From contig JAHDYR010000045.1 of assembly GCA_019828565.1 (NCBI GenBank), forward strand, positions 10,680-74,679: a DNA stretch of 64,000 nt, written 5' to 3'. Both the position numbers and the translations under genes were made by a program. Numbering within the stretch: the stretch's first letter is position 1; every line of letters starts with the position of its first letter. Origin of the DNA: Carpediemonas membranifera BICM. Lineage: Eukaryota; Protista; Fornicata. The notes below the pieces were generated by a model. That model saw only the letters and a program-made list of their open reading frames with translations, did no database searches and was not told the origin of the DNA. This document shows positions 49,725 through 62,262 of this stretch, in pieces.

Positions 49725-50573
49725 TGTGCCTCGCTAATGCGGAGAATGCTTTTATAGGGAAAGAAGAAGAGAAAACCCTTGTGCCAATAAATGGCTTAAA
49801 CTGTATAAATGATTAGTGTGGTCTATGACCACCACACTGCCCCTCCATGCCTGGGTAATAGGCATGACACTCAACGAGTTACGGGGGTTAGGTTGGCCTA
49901 GGGTCATCCGTGTTATAGTTTGGTGCCACCCAAGCTATGCAACGGTCTACTCCATTGGCAGTGGAGTGGGCAACGCCCGACCCGCGGTCTTCCGATACGG
50001 AATTATGGTATCACCAACGGTGACATGGGAATAAAACCCGACAGCTGTATATGATAACGTGGATCCACTGTGTAAGCAATTGCTATGTTACGTGTTAAGA
50101 TGGTCTTACCAGGGCTTCGCCGCCCTCATGAACCGCATATAGGGTCCGAACTTACCGACGTCAATGACAGTCAAACGGACGGCTAGGGTTCGCCCGTATT
50201 CATAGAGGCTTATCCCTGCCCCTCCACGGCCTCATATGGCCGTGTCTCGAAAAATATTACGTGTTACGCATGCTTCTAAGTAATTCGAGGGTTGATCTCG
50301 GCGTCTAGAAGAATAAGAAGAAGTACTGTACCATTGGCGCTGAAACTTACGCAGACGCCGAAAAAGGCATTAAGAGGCTCCAAAAGGCCTTCGTTGGCGA
50401 GTTTTGGGCCTTTCATTTTTCCTGGCGCGCTCGTACTTCATTAACAACATCAATCGGCTTCCGATGGAGCTAATAGGCTACAGCGCTTAGTAAATAGATG
50501 AATTAGCTTGATTTGGCGTCCTATTACTGCTCTAGGTTTCGTCCTGAAACCGATTGTTCCAAAAGTGCAGAAT

Positions 50574-51655
50574 ATGTCGCCGTCAACTCAGTTGATGTCG
50601 GACAACGCCGCCGTAGAAGTAATTCTGGATACTATTCGCGCTAAAATCGCCGAAATTGGTGACGAGGAACTCACTAAGCCTCTTGTTTCCGCTCATTCCG
50701 CCGTCTGTCGTTCTCTTCGTGCTCAGACCCGTACGCAACGCAAGCGTTTGGCCACCGGGAACTTGTAAGTAACCAATATCAACAGAATACTCATTCAGAC
50801 ACCGTGTGCAGGCCGCGGAGCGGGATCACTCGCCCGACAACCGCATCCCACCAGCTACCTCGCGACATACGAGCGGAGGTCACTCGGCGCCTAGCCGGCT
50901 ACACCAACTCCGTCGAGATGCCTCTTCAGCGCATCTTCGACGCAATCGAGCAAGGACACCTTCATCAGGCTTCGGTGTACATGGATGTAGTGAAGTGTCG
51001 GCAGGTACTCGGCCTCGTGGCTTTCTGTCAGTTCGCTCTCGCTGGCGTGGTGTCTCACCTTAAGATCCGTCTGCGCCCGACCCTCACTGACGGGGACATC
51101 GTGTCGGCCGCCCTTCAGAGTGGCGATATCAGCCTGACTGGCAATGGGCGTTACTCAGCTGGGCTCGTGGCCGCAGTGCGCGCTGCTGCTAATGTCGGAT
51201 CTGATACCACGGCTCGTGGTTACCTCAACCGGCTCATGATCCTCGTCTTTTCGCCGGACTACTTCAGGGTAGCGCTCTTTGGCATCAGCCGCGGTATCGG
51301 TGCACCCATCGCTTTCTGGGCGATGCTGGTCGACGAGCTGTGCCGCGATGGTCACCTGCCTGCCATCGGGGACGAGATCCATTGGGAGCCTCTCCAGGTC
51401 TCTGACCCGGACCGTTACTACACGGTGACGTGTGTTGTCCGCCATGAGTTCCTGAAAACGACTCGTGGACCTGGGACCTTCGCTCTCATACTCCAGTATG
51501 AGGGTTACTCAGGCCTCAGCATCGTCTGGCTGAACGCCGATCTCTGTCTCGTCCGTTGTGTGCGCGACTATCTTGCTGAGCACGATCTTGAGCGCCACGC
51601 TGACGCGTCTTGGTTGGTCGAGCTGACCGATACCGAGGAGTCGGACGACGAATAA
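50574..51655 (+). CDS. Antisense accessory gene with C-terminal chromodomain-like fold (intron 50765-50798), copy 1
   Basis: YYTVTCVVRH...LILQYEGYSGLSIVWL...VRDYL; 34-nt GTAAGT..CAG intron. Confidence 0.75.
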
Positions 51656-51697
51656 ATCTGATGACTTGACGCTGGAGCGATTAGATGTGGTGAAGAT

Positions 51698-54673
51698 TTA
51701 TAGACCGTCCAGTTTGGCTTGGTCAGACTTCAAATATATATCTAATGCTTCCAGGTCCTTGACGGAGTCCCAATCCTGCCATGTCGCCTCCTCGTCCTCG
51801 AAACCAGACCAGTGAACGCGGTATTCGCGTTTGGTTCGTGTTCCGTTCCCTCGCGATTTGGAAATACGGTCCACTTCCCACTCATCGTTCGCCGTGGCGG
51901 CCAAGTCCTTGATCTCTCGCTCGGATAGATTGCCAGAGTTAAATCTGCGTACGCGCGGGGCGTCGACCTTCAATATCTTGCCTTGGCTTCCCTGGTTGAG
52001 GTCCTGAACTTCATAGGCGACCGTCACGCCATCTTGCTTAACCGCACTGACCCGTCGCATGGGCCCTCGCCATCCTGGCATCAGCTTGTTGGGAGGTCTG
52101 GCTGGGTACTTGACCAACACGAACCGGCACAGTAACTCCTGACGTGACGATGCGGCGTTTGCGAGAGCGTCCTCTCTCATTGCCTGAATTCTAGCCTTCG
52201 CTAGCTGGATGGCTTGGCCAGCCGCCGCGCGTCTGTCCTGTATTCTGGCGCTAGTCGAGTGGGTGCAGATGATGATCTCGTTCGGGATCCTGATGTTGAC
52301 ACCTAGTATGATCTCGGATGGTGAGAGGTGAGTGGGTATCCTGGGCGTCGAATTGACGATAAATTGTGCGACAGGTAAGTGCTTGACCCAGTCCGCGTCC
52401 CGGAAATGGAACTTTCTGGCCTTCAAGATTTTGAGAACTCCACTGTTGGCCCGTTCGACGATGCCATTAGATTGCGGGTGATGTGGAGTCGTAACATGGG
52501 TGTGGAAACCCATCTCGTCGGCCAGGGACTTCATGAGCTGATTGTTAAACTCGGGCCCGCCGTCAGTCTGTAAGACCTCGGGGCAGCCATAGCGTAAGAC
52601 CCAGTTATTAACGAACGCCGTAACTGCGGCTTGCGCAGTCGTACCTGTAACTGGAACCAACTCGGTCCACCTACTACACATATCTATGATGACGGAGATG
52701 TGCGTGAACCCCTGCGACTTGGGGAACGGACCTAAGGTGTCGATGGCTACTCGCTTAAACGGTTCATCAACGGCGGTATGCAGACCATCCGGTGTATCGA
52801 CGTGGGGTCTCTCGAGGACTTGGCACACCGGGCAAGTTGCAATCACCTGGTCGACTGCGGCTCTCGACACCGACAACCCTTCGGCTCTAAGCTTCTCGGT
52901 CGTTAGTCGTCGAGATAGATGGGCGCCGGCGGTGGTGTGTGCTTCTTCAATCTCATCGGTCGTAGCTTTGCGAGTGAACATAGTAAACACACGGGACAGA
53001 CCATCTGCGGCTCCATTGTCCAGGCCGGCGACGTGCTTAATCTCAAAGTCCAAGTCGGAAATGGCATCGGCCCACCTCCTGACTTTCGGGTTGATGCTAC
53101 GGTACATGAAGGTAAGGTTTCGGTGGTCAGTGAGTATGGAGAAAGGTCCCCAGGCAAGGAACTTGCGCCAGCGCTGCAAGGCCGCCACAATGGCGTACGC
53201 CTCCTTCTCAATCGTTGACCAACGAGACTGTGTGGCGTTGAAGGCCTTCGACATGTAACAGACAGGCTTGCCCTCTTGCAATAGGACTGCGCCGTACCCC
53301 ACTCCCGAGGCGTCGGTCATTATAGAATGCTCCTTCGTGGCGTCGAAAATTGCTAGGGCGTCAGCGGAGGTAAGGCTCTGCTTGAGCTTATCGAGGGCCT
53401 CCTGCTGGGCGGTCAGGCCGAGACTTGTGTGACCGGACATAGCTTTGATTAACGGGTGTCCGATTTCCGCAAAATGGGGGATGTGATCCCGGAAATAGTT
53501 GAGGAATCCTACTAGGCCCTGCATGCCCTTGATGGATGTCGGCATCTGGAGATTTGCGATGTCGTCTACACGGCTGGGTGCGATTCTCACCTGCCCATCA
53601 TTGACAACCCAACCTAAGAACTCGACCTCCTGCCTGCCGAATTGGCATTTCTCGCGATTGAGCTGGAGCTTGACCTTACGCGCACGGTCCAGGACTCTTT
53701 CGAGGTTCGCGAGATATTCGGCCTCGTCGCTGCCGAAGACAATAATATCGTCGATGTAAATGTAACATGAGCTGCCCACGAGCCCGGCGAAGGCGCGCTC
53801 CATGGCCTTCTGGAAGTGAGCTCCTGCGTTGCGCAGCCCGAAAGGCATCCGTCGGTATTGATACTGCCCTAGTACGGTGGTAAATGCAGTCAGGGGTCTT
53901 GATCGTTCTGTCAAAGGGATCTGGTGGTACCCGGACGACAGGTCTAGAGTCGCGAAGATCTTCTGTCCTGCGAGCTGTGACAGCACCTCGTCGATACGAG
54001 GGATGGGGTAGTCGAACGGCTCAGTAAGCTCGTTAATACGGCGGAAATCGACTACGAAACGCGACTTGCCTCCCTTCTTAGGCACAGTCATAGCTGGGGA
54101 AGCGTATTGTGACTGGCAGGCCTCGATATATTTCTTGGCTAGCAGCGTGTCGATGTGCTCTCTCACGACGTGTATCTTCGCTGGGGGTACATAGTAAGGT
54201 CTGGCGTTCACGACCCGATCGTCCTTCAGAACGAGGTCGTACGGCTCTAGCCTGCTAGGTTCGTCCCGGTCTTGGAATAGATCGGAGAACCTCTTGATCA
54301 GTTCGGCTTGACTCTTGGTCGACTGGTCGGATAGACTAAAGATGGCAGCGTTGTGCTTGAAAGCTTCGGGGACCTGGACTTCGTCCGAGTCTTCCCCTGA
54401 CTCTACGTTCACGTCGGGGAGGATTCCCAGCTCGACAAGGTGGGGGTACCCCAGGACGACGTCGAACTCAGTATCTAGCACAATCAACTCCGGCTTGAAG
54501 GACACTGCCTTAGGTGTAAAGGCTGACGGCATGAGTTTGATGTTCCCTTGCACGGAACCTTGGGACTGTATAGTTCCCTTGGCTGTACGCACGCTTCGCT
54601 CTTCATCTGATATTCGCGTCATACCCTTGGTCAGCTTGGGGGATATAGTGGAGCAGTTGGCTCCCCGAATCAA
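51698..54673 (-). CDS. pol: Gypsy Pol: PR-RT-RH-IN-chromodomain
   Basis: LDLSSGYHQ, YIDD, MTDAS, AIDTLGP, QTDGG, SNGIVER, VHWSGF. Confidence 0.95.
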   Translation of the reverse strand: MIRGANCSTISPKLTKGMTRISDEERSVRTAKGTIQSQGSVQGNIKLMPSAFTPKAVSFKPELIVLDTEFDVVLGYPHLVELGILPDVNVESGEDSDEVQVPEAFKHNAAIFSLSDQSTKSQAELIKRFSDLFQDRDEPSRLEPYDLVLKDDRVVNARPYYVPPAKIHVVREHIDTLLAKKYIEACQSQYASPAMTVPKKGGKSRFVVDFRRINELTEPFDYPIPRIDEVLSQLAGQKIFATLDLSSGYHQIPLTERSRPLTAFTTVLGQYQYRRMPFGLRNAGAHFQKAMERAFAGLVGSSCYIYIDDIIVFGSDEAEYLANLERVLDRARKVKLQLNREKCQFGRQEVEFLGWVVNDGQVRIAPSRVDDIANLQMPTSIKGMQGLVGFLNYFRDHIPHFAEIGHPLIKAMSGHTSLGLTAQQEALDKLKQSLTSADALAIFDATKEHSIMTDASGVGYGAVLLQEGKPVCYMSKAFNATQSRWSTIEKEAYAIVAALQRWRKFLAWGPFSILTDHRNLTFMYRSINPKVRRWADAISDLDFEIKHVAGLDNGAADGLSRVFTMFTRKATTDEIEEAHTTAGAHLSRRLTTEKLRAEGLSVSRAAVDQVIATCPVCQVLERPHVDTPDGLHTAVDEPFKRVAIDTLGPFPKSQGFTHISVIIDMCSRWTELVPVTGTTAQAAVTAFVNNWVLRYGCPEVLQTDGGPEFNNQLMKSLADEMGFHTHVTTPHHPQSNGIVERANSGVLKILKARKFHFRDADWVKHLPVAQFIVNSTPRIPTHLSPSEIILGVNIRIPNEIIICTHSTSARIQDRRAAAGQAIQLAKARIQAMREDALANAASSRQELLCRFVLVKYPARPPNKLMPGWRGPMRRVSAVKQDGVTVAYEVQDLNQGSQGKILKVDAPRVRRFNSGNLSEREIKDLAATANDEWEVDRISKSRGNGTRTKREYRVHWSGFEDEEATWQDWDSVKDLEALDIYLKSDQAKLDGL

Positions 54674-55767
54674 TCAAGGCAACGACGTCTCGACCCTCGA
54701 CCTTAACTTTGCACAGAGGTAGGCTATCTTTGCGTTTGTGTGAAGTCATCGAGAACAAGGACAAGTACTGTGGGGATTTACAGAACCTGTCAAGGTGTCC
54801 GCTCTTCCCGCACTTCTGACACTTGTTCTTGGGCTTCTTACACTCGTAGACGGCGTGACCCTTACCACCACAGTTATAGCAAGTGAACTGTGAATGATCA
54901 CGTCTGCCCTTCTTGTCGATAGGCTTAGTCGACGCGTGTTCAGGTCTGGTAGCATGCGAACGGTCTTCGGTGGGACGTGACTGAGGCTTGCGATCGTTGC
55001 GTCGGTGGGAGTTACGGCTCGTGTGGTGGTGCTCGGCGTTGGACGGCTTGTCCTGGAACGCGTTGGCGATCGCGGTGCTCTCTTGGACTGTTCTGGATAG
55101 GGCTAGAACGCGCGGCATGGCATCTTCTAGCGACATGTCCTGGATCACCTCCTTGATGCGGTACATCGTCTGGTTGGATCCGAACTTGGAAACAACGAAC
55201 GTATATGTCGCGTAGTGTCTCGAGGGGGAACTCGGGTTGGACGACTGCCATGGTAATACGGAACTTCTTGTTGACTCGAGCAACTTCGATAGGGGAGAAG
55301 TCCTTGGCGGTGATTCTAAAGAGACGGAGCTTGTTGACTTCTTGAGTAGGTCTGAGAGCGCGTCCTAGGCGCTTGATGATCTTGAGGTCCTTCTGGGCTC
55401 TGGAGCGAGCGGCACGATGATGTTGATTAAGGAGGAGAGGGATCTCTTCCTCCGCGTCGTCAAGATCGTCCGCTGGTAGGATTGCTGTCACCATCTCCCG
55501 AACCTCGCTGTCGATTAGCTTCTCAATGTCTCGCTTGCCCCCTAAGGCGCGGTAATCGTTGAACTTGTCCACAAAGATGAACAGTTCGTTCAGATCTGGC
55601 GACTTCAGCAACGGGGGATCGGATTTCTTCAGCATTTGAGGGGAATTAACGTTAATGTGCCTCGCTAATGCGGAGAATGCTTTTATAGGGAAAGAAGAAG
55701 AGAAAACCCTTGTGCCAATAAATGGCTTAAACTGTATAAATGATTAGTGTGGTCTATGACCACCACA

Positions 55768-56769
55768 GGCCACTTATTGTTGCCCATACGTCCGTTTGTC
55801 GTTCCCTTCGCGCTCAGAAGTATCGTGGACGCAAGCGCATGATCACCGACAATCTGTAAGTAACAAACATCAACCGTGAGGTTATATAGTCACCGCGTGC
55901 AAGCCTCAGAACGCATCACTCGCACCCTGACGATGACGACTCTGATGCCCCACGACATCAAGGCCGAGGTTGCCCGACGCCTGGAAGGTTACACCAACTC
56001 CATCGAGCTGCCGCTCCAGCGAATCTTTGACGCTATTGAGCAAGGTCGTCTGAACGACGCAGCCGTAGTGCAGGACGTGAAGCTGACCCAGCAGGTCTTG
56101 GCTCTCGTGGCTCACTGCCAGGTCGCGCTTGCCGGTGTGAGGGCCCACCTCAAGCTCGGCAGGAAGCGCTTGACCGATGGCGACATCGTGTCGGCCGCGA
56201 TCCGGGGCCGCGACATCACGCTGGGTGGGTCTTCACCCGGTAATGGTCACTACTCTGCAGCTCTCGTGGCGGCTGTGCGGACTGCCGGCGGGGTCAAGTC
56301 GGACACTACAGCGCGCGGATATCTTAACCGCCTGTTGGTCCTCGTCCTCGCACCGGACTACTTCCGTGTCGCTGTCTACGGCATCAGCCGGCGCATCCCG
56401 GCTCCCAACGACTTCTGGGCAACCCTGGTCAGCCGCTTGTGCCACGACGGCTACCTGCCCGCCATTGGCGATGAGGCTCACTGGGAGCCGCTTCAGGTCT
56501 CTGATCCGGACCGCTACTACACTGTCACGTGCGTAGTCCGTCACGAGTATCTGAAGACGACTTGTGGTCCCGGGTCTTTTGTGTTGATCCTGCAGTATGA
56601 CGGATACTCGGGACTCAGCATCGTGTCCCTCAACGCTGATCTCTGCCTTGTCCGGTGTGTGCGAGAGTACTTGGCTGAGAACGCCCTTGAGCGCCACGCT
56701 GACCCGACTTGGTTGGTCGAGCTGACGGACACGGAGGAGACGGAAGACGAGGAATCTAGCTCTGAATAA
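55768..56769 (+). CDS. Antisense chromodomain-like accessory gene, copy 2 (5'-truncated; intron 55856-55889)
   Basis: Clear homologue of 50574-51655 with a 34-nt intron at the same position and phase. Confidence 0.75.
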
Positions 56770-57580
56770 ATCGTTTGTTCCTCGAGGATACAGCTTCGAT
56801 GTTGAGAAGTTTTACAGACCGTCACGCTTGGCTTGGTCAGACTTCAAATATGTATCGAGGGCTTCCAAATCTTTGACGTGCGAATAAGGTTCGAATGAAG
56901 CCTCTGAATCCTCGAATCCGACCCAGTGTACGAGGTACTCGCGCCTTGACTTGGGGCCCGAGCCTCTAGAGCGTGAGATGCGCTCGACATGCCACTCATC
57001 GACGGAAGCGGCTGCGAGGTCATAGATCTGTTGCTCCGAGAGCTTGCCTGGGTCAAATCTTCGCACACGTGCCGCGTCTACCTTGATAGTTGGACCGTCC
57101 GCTGACTGACTGAGGTCTTGGACCTCATATGCGACGACAACACCATCACGTTTGACGGCTGCGACACGCCTCATGGGGCCGCGCCAGCCCGGGGCTAGCT
57201 TGCTCGGTGGTCTTGGGTAGTATTTGACCAGCACGAAACGGCTCAATATCTCGCTTCTCGATGAGGTTGCCTTTGCGAGAGCGTCTTCGCGCATGGCTCT
57301 AATCCTTGCTTTGGCGAGTTGGATGGCGGCATCGGCTGCGGCTAGCTTCGACTGTGGCGGACCAGCCGAGGCGGCATCCGTGATATAGATCGATGACGGT
57401 ATTGATAAATTGGCGCCAAACATGATCTCGGCCGGAGTCAACCGGGTCGGGATCCTGGGCATTGAGTTGACCAAGAATTGGGCGACTGGTAGGTGTGCTA
57501 CCCAATCGTTATTCCTTAACTCCAGCTTCCTGGCTCTGAGGATGCGTTCGACCTCCTTGTTCGCGCGTTCGACGACACCG

Positions 57581-60500
57581 TGAGAGCCAGTGCAGTTTAT
57601 GTAAACAGATCTACCTGCGCAAGCCAACAATGGCACAATATCGATATTCTGCTTCTACAGAATCACACAGTGGTCTATCCGTGATAGACGTCTCTTCCCT
57701 CACAACTGGGTACGAGATCTGGTTACGGGAAGTCGGTAACGTCAAAAGACCCCGTTCTTTCCCCCACGCATTCACGGCAAAGACCCTCGAGCTTCTACAA
57801 GCCACATGGCGGCCCACCTCCACGTTACCGACCTTCGAGTCGTTCTGGGACTCCCTTATCCCTGACGTGGTCTCGCAGGCACAACACGCCAAGCAAGAAC
57901 CTGACAGACACGCCACGTCGTGCCGCGCAAGATACCGCGCGATCATCGACGCTCTGCAGGACGATCTCTTCTTGCTCTGTGCTGCAGCCGCCAACACCTA
58001 TAAGGACAGCCCGCTTCTCGACCCGGCGATGCGCCGGATGCAGGCTGTTTACGACCGCGCCGAGGCCGAGCTGAACGATAAGCTCGCCAGCCTCTGCACG
58101 GCCAGCCACGACCGCCACGAGGCGGACCCGGATGCGACCCTCACCTTCGCGACGCTAACGAACCCCCTGGACGACAAACCGGCCCGATCGGCCGCGGATG
58201 TCGCGAGAATCGTCAACTCTCTCCCGTCAGCGGCAACGGCCGCCCCCTCCGCCCCCGTGTCCGTGCGTGACCAGCTTCGCGCCGAGGCCAGGACCATCCT
58301 GCCTCACCTGTACCTTACCCTGATGCCAACACTCGACCGCGGTGCACGCCTCAAGGCCATCACGAGCAAGGGCACCCAACTGTACGGCCAGAACGCGGCC
58401 CACCGCCTTAACACTCTGCGCCTGCAGAAGGCGTGCGACGGGTACAACCCCGTCGTCGAGGCCGATGGCTACCATAAGATCCCCGACAGCGCCCTCCGCG
58501 CTGCGGTCCGGTCTGTCGCCCTCAAGGGATACGACGACGACGCGATCCCGCTATACGAGGCGCTGATCGAGCGGGATTCGGACGGCAACTGGCGTCCCGC
58601 CCGCGACTGCATAGACGCCCTCTCGACCCTCGAGACCGACCATCTCGGCCAGATCGTCGTCCCCTGGCAGGCCTATGCCGTGTCGACCAAGACGAAGCCG
58701 ATCCCGGCCGACAATAAGGCACCGCATGATAACAGTCAGTGCTCGAACAAGGACACCTCTGCTCGCGAGGGCCAGCCGCTGAAGCCGAAGGCCCACAAGG
58801 TCGAAGGCCAGGACCCGTTCAAGCAGTTTAAGGACAAGGAGCATTTCTACATCCCGAAGTCTTTCAATCGCTGGTGTGACAGGCATGGCTGGAACTCAAA
58901 GCATACAACCAAGGACTGCGGAGCGAACCAACGCGATGGCGCCGTCGGCGAGGTCCAAACGACCTCCATTCCCATACAGACAACCGTAACGGTCGCCGGA
59001 ACCGTCCAACTTCCAGCCAAGCTCGACACTGGCGCAGATGTCTGCGTCATATCCGAGCACCTCGCCCCAAAAGATACCAGGAAACATCCAATGGCGCGAG
59101 TCGGACCTCCGCCTGTTCGCCGCGGACGACCGCGTTATCTCCGTGGGCAAGATCGCCACCATGTCCATCACACTCCCTGGCATGGATGGCAAAACCGTCA
59201 CGCTCGACTGGGACGTCCACATGATCACAGGCACCAGCGACAGGATGCTGATCGGCAAGGACCTCCTCAGGCACATCGGCTACGTCCTCAACGACCGCCT
59301 ACTGATACTCCCGTCCGAGAAGCCGGATGATAAGGACGATCTAGAAGAGCACAACATGATCGACGCCGACGTCTTCGAAGCGGCGTCAACCTCGGACTCG
59401 AAGCATTCGCTCGCCGTCACGATCCCGGACGACCACGGCACCGAGTTCGCCAACAAGGTCCGAAGCATCGTCGAGGAGTTCGATGAGGTGTTCGACCCGG
59501 CTCTCCCGCCCGAAGGCAGCAAACTACAGCCTCACAAGATCGAACTCACACGCGATTTTCACCTCAAGTGCCGTCCTCGACAGCTTGTCGGAGAGGCTGG
59601 CTCAGCCGCCCTCTCCGAGATCGAGAAGATGAAGAAGCTCGGCATCATACGAGACAGCCAGTCCGAGCACGCCAGCCGCCACACGATGGCAACCAAGAAG
59701 AACGGCGAACCCCGCTTCTGCGTCGCATTCAACGATCTTAACGACGCCACGAAGGACGACGCCTTTCCCCTCCCCGATCTGAGGGACCTGCCCCACGAAG
59801 CCGGCGGATGCTCTTACTTTGCATCACTCGATCTCCGGTCCGGATACTGGCAGCAGCTGATGGAGCCGGCCAGCATCCACCTTACCTCGTTCGTAGTCCC
59901 CGGGCACCAATTCGAGTTCCTCAGGGTCCCGTTTGGACTTAAGAACGCCCCCTCCAAGTTTCAACGAGCGATGGAGGCCGTGCTAGATGGCATCCCCGGC
60001 CACCGGGTCTACGTGGATGACATATTCCTCTACGCACGGACCGAAGAAGGATTCCTCAACACCCTGAGACTCACCCTCCAGAGAGCCAAGGACAACCGCC
60101 TGCGCCTCCGCGCGGACAAATGTACCATCGGCGCCGCCGAAGTGGAGGTCTGCGGATTCATCATCAACAGCTCCGGCCGCTCGGTGAGCCCAGGCCGCGT
60201 CGCCGCGCTGAAGGAGCTGCCCGCCCCCACCACCGTCACAGAGCTCAGACGCACGATGGGCAAGTTTAACCACCTCGCAAACTACCTCCCGCAACTCAGC
60301 TCAGCCACAGCCCCCTCAACGCCCTCCTCAAGGGGTCACCCAAGAAGCTAGACAAGCTCCCTTGGACTGAGGAACACGACAAGGCATTCGCGGCTCTGAA
60401 GGAGCTGTGCACCGACAACAAGGCATTGGCACTACCCAACCTGACCTGCAAGTGGACACTTGAGACAGACGCGTCCACAATCGCAGCCGGCGGAGTGCTG

Positions 60501-62262
60501 TGGCAACACGAGGGCGACACGAAGAAACCCCTCGCGTACTTCTCAAAGACGTTCACAGAGACCCAACGCCGCTGGGCGACGGTCGAGCAAGAGCTCTACG
60601 CAGTCATATACTGCATCACCCGGCCAGAGTTTAGCCAGATTCTCAAGCTGAAGCCATTCACCGTACTCACAGATCACAAGAACATCGTGTGGATGATTCG
60701 CAAGGCTGAGGAAGGGACGCGCAAGCTCACGCGATGGAGACTCATCCTATCCGAGTACCCCTTCGACATCATGCATATCGCAGGGACAACTAACGTCGTC
60801 GCGGACGCCCTCTCCCGCCCCAGCGGCGCGGCGATCAGCGAAATCGCCAGCAGCACCCACCGCTTCGACATTCAGCAGGCCCACGCTGGAGCCAACGGCC
60901 ATGCTTCGATCAAACAAACGATCGCCCATCTCAAGGAAGCCGGCAAGACCTGGTCTTCCATGAACTCAGACGTCGCGGAGCACGTCGCGACTTGCCCAGT
61001 CTGCCAGAAGCTCAAATCCCACCCCATCGCCAAGGCCCAGTGGCATACGACCCAGAAGACCCGCCCATTCGAGGCGGTGCAGATAGACACGCTCGGCCCG
61101 CTTCCAAAGACGAATGGCCTCGCTCACGTGATCGTGTTCATCGACGTCTTCAGCAAGTTCACTGTGCTCAAGCCGGTTGCGTCAACCTCGGCAGAAGAAG
61201 CCGCCGACGCGATGCTCCAGGTGTGGTCGCTCTTCGGCGCACCCAGCCTGATCCAGACAGACCAGGGAAGTCAGTTCAAGAACTCAACCATCGCCGCTCT
61301 CAACAAGAAGATCAGCCTGAACCACAGGTTCTCCACAGCGTACCACCCACAGAGTAACGGCGTTGTCGAGAGAGTCAATGGGACCATCATGCGCAGACTG
61401 CGCGCCCTGCTACTAGACTCAGAAACGACCGACTGGCCCGCACTTATCCCAATCGTGCAACACATTATCAACACTTCGACACACTCGACTACCGGCTTCA
61501 CGCCGTTCGAGCTGCTTTTCGGACACACGTCCGCGCTCACGGCCCTCCCGGAGTCACGCATCATCAGCGCCGCCAAGGCGACGCAAGACACACCTACCAT
61601 CCAGGCCATTAACGCATTCCACACCGACATACAGGCCATGCACGACGCAGCCCGCGCGAAGATCGCCGCATACGAGCGTCACAAGGCCGCACAAACCCAA
61701 CCGGCGGACAACTTCGACTGGAAACTCGAACGCCTAGTGCTCCTGAGATATCCTCACAAGGCCCCATCCAAGATTCTGCCTCCAGTCCGCGGCCCGCTAC
61801 AACTCCTCAGGGAAGGGAAGAGCCCCAACACATTCGTCCTCCGTGACCTCGTCACCAAGTCCGAGCTGCTCGTCCACCAGGACCGCCTCATTCGCTTCGA
61901 CCCAGGCACAGCAGACCTCAAGACACTCGAGCGCATCGCCGCATACGAACAAGACGAACAACAAGTCTCCGCCATCGTCGGCCACCGCGAGCGCAACCGA
62001 CGCCTCGAGCTCCTCGTCCACTGGGAAGGCCTAGAAGACTCCGAGGACTCGTACATTCCGTATAACGCATATTACGACCGCCTCGCCGCCCTGGATGACT
62101 ACCTACGCCTCAACCCAGGTCTCACGCCCCTCTTCGCACGTTACAAGCGGAAGTTCCGGGGCAATGGCCGCCGTTAGCTGGCTAGCTTCGCCTTGAGGAG
62201 GGAAGTGAGAGCCAGTGCAGTTTATGTAAACAGATCTACCTGCGCAAGCCAACAATGGCACA
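57581..62262 (+). mobile_element. Complete nested Gypsy with 57-bp identical LTRs
   Basis: LTRs 57581-57637 and 62206-62262; TSD ACCG; PPT GAGGAGGGAAG; gag-PR 57630-59330 (CHHC knuckle, LDTGAD), RT (YVDD), RH-IN-chromodomain to 62177. Confidence 0.95.

Larger units (their letters stand above)
49725..55767 (-). mobile_element. Complete Gypsy with 112-bp identical LTRs and an antisense accessory gene
   Basis: LTRs 49725-49836 and 55656-55767; minus-strand PPT GGAGGGGCAG; gag 55635-54680 (2x CCHC); pol 54673-51698; flanks CCCCA and GGCCA do not form a TSD. Confidence 0.93.

Noticed and set aside
57581-57648. Tf1/sushi-type self-priming
   Set aside because: No sequence in the 57-bp (or 92-bp) LTR is complementary to the post-LTR segment.
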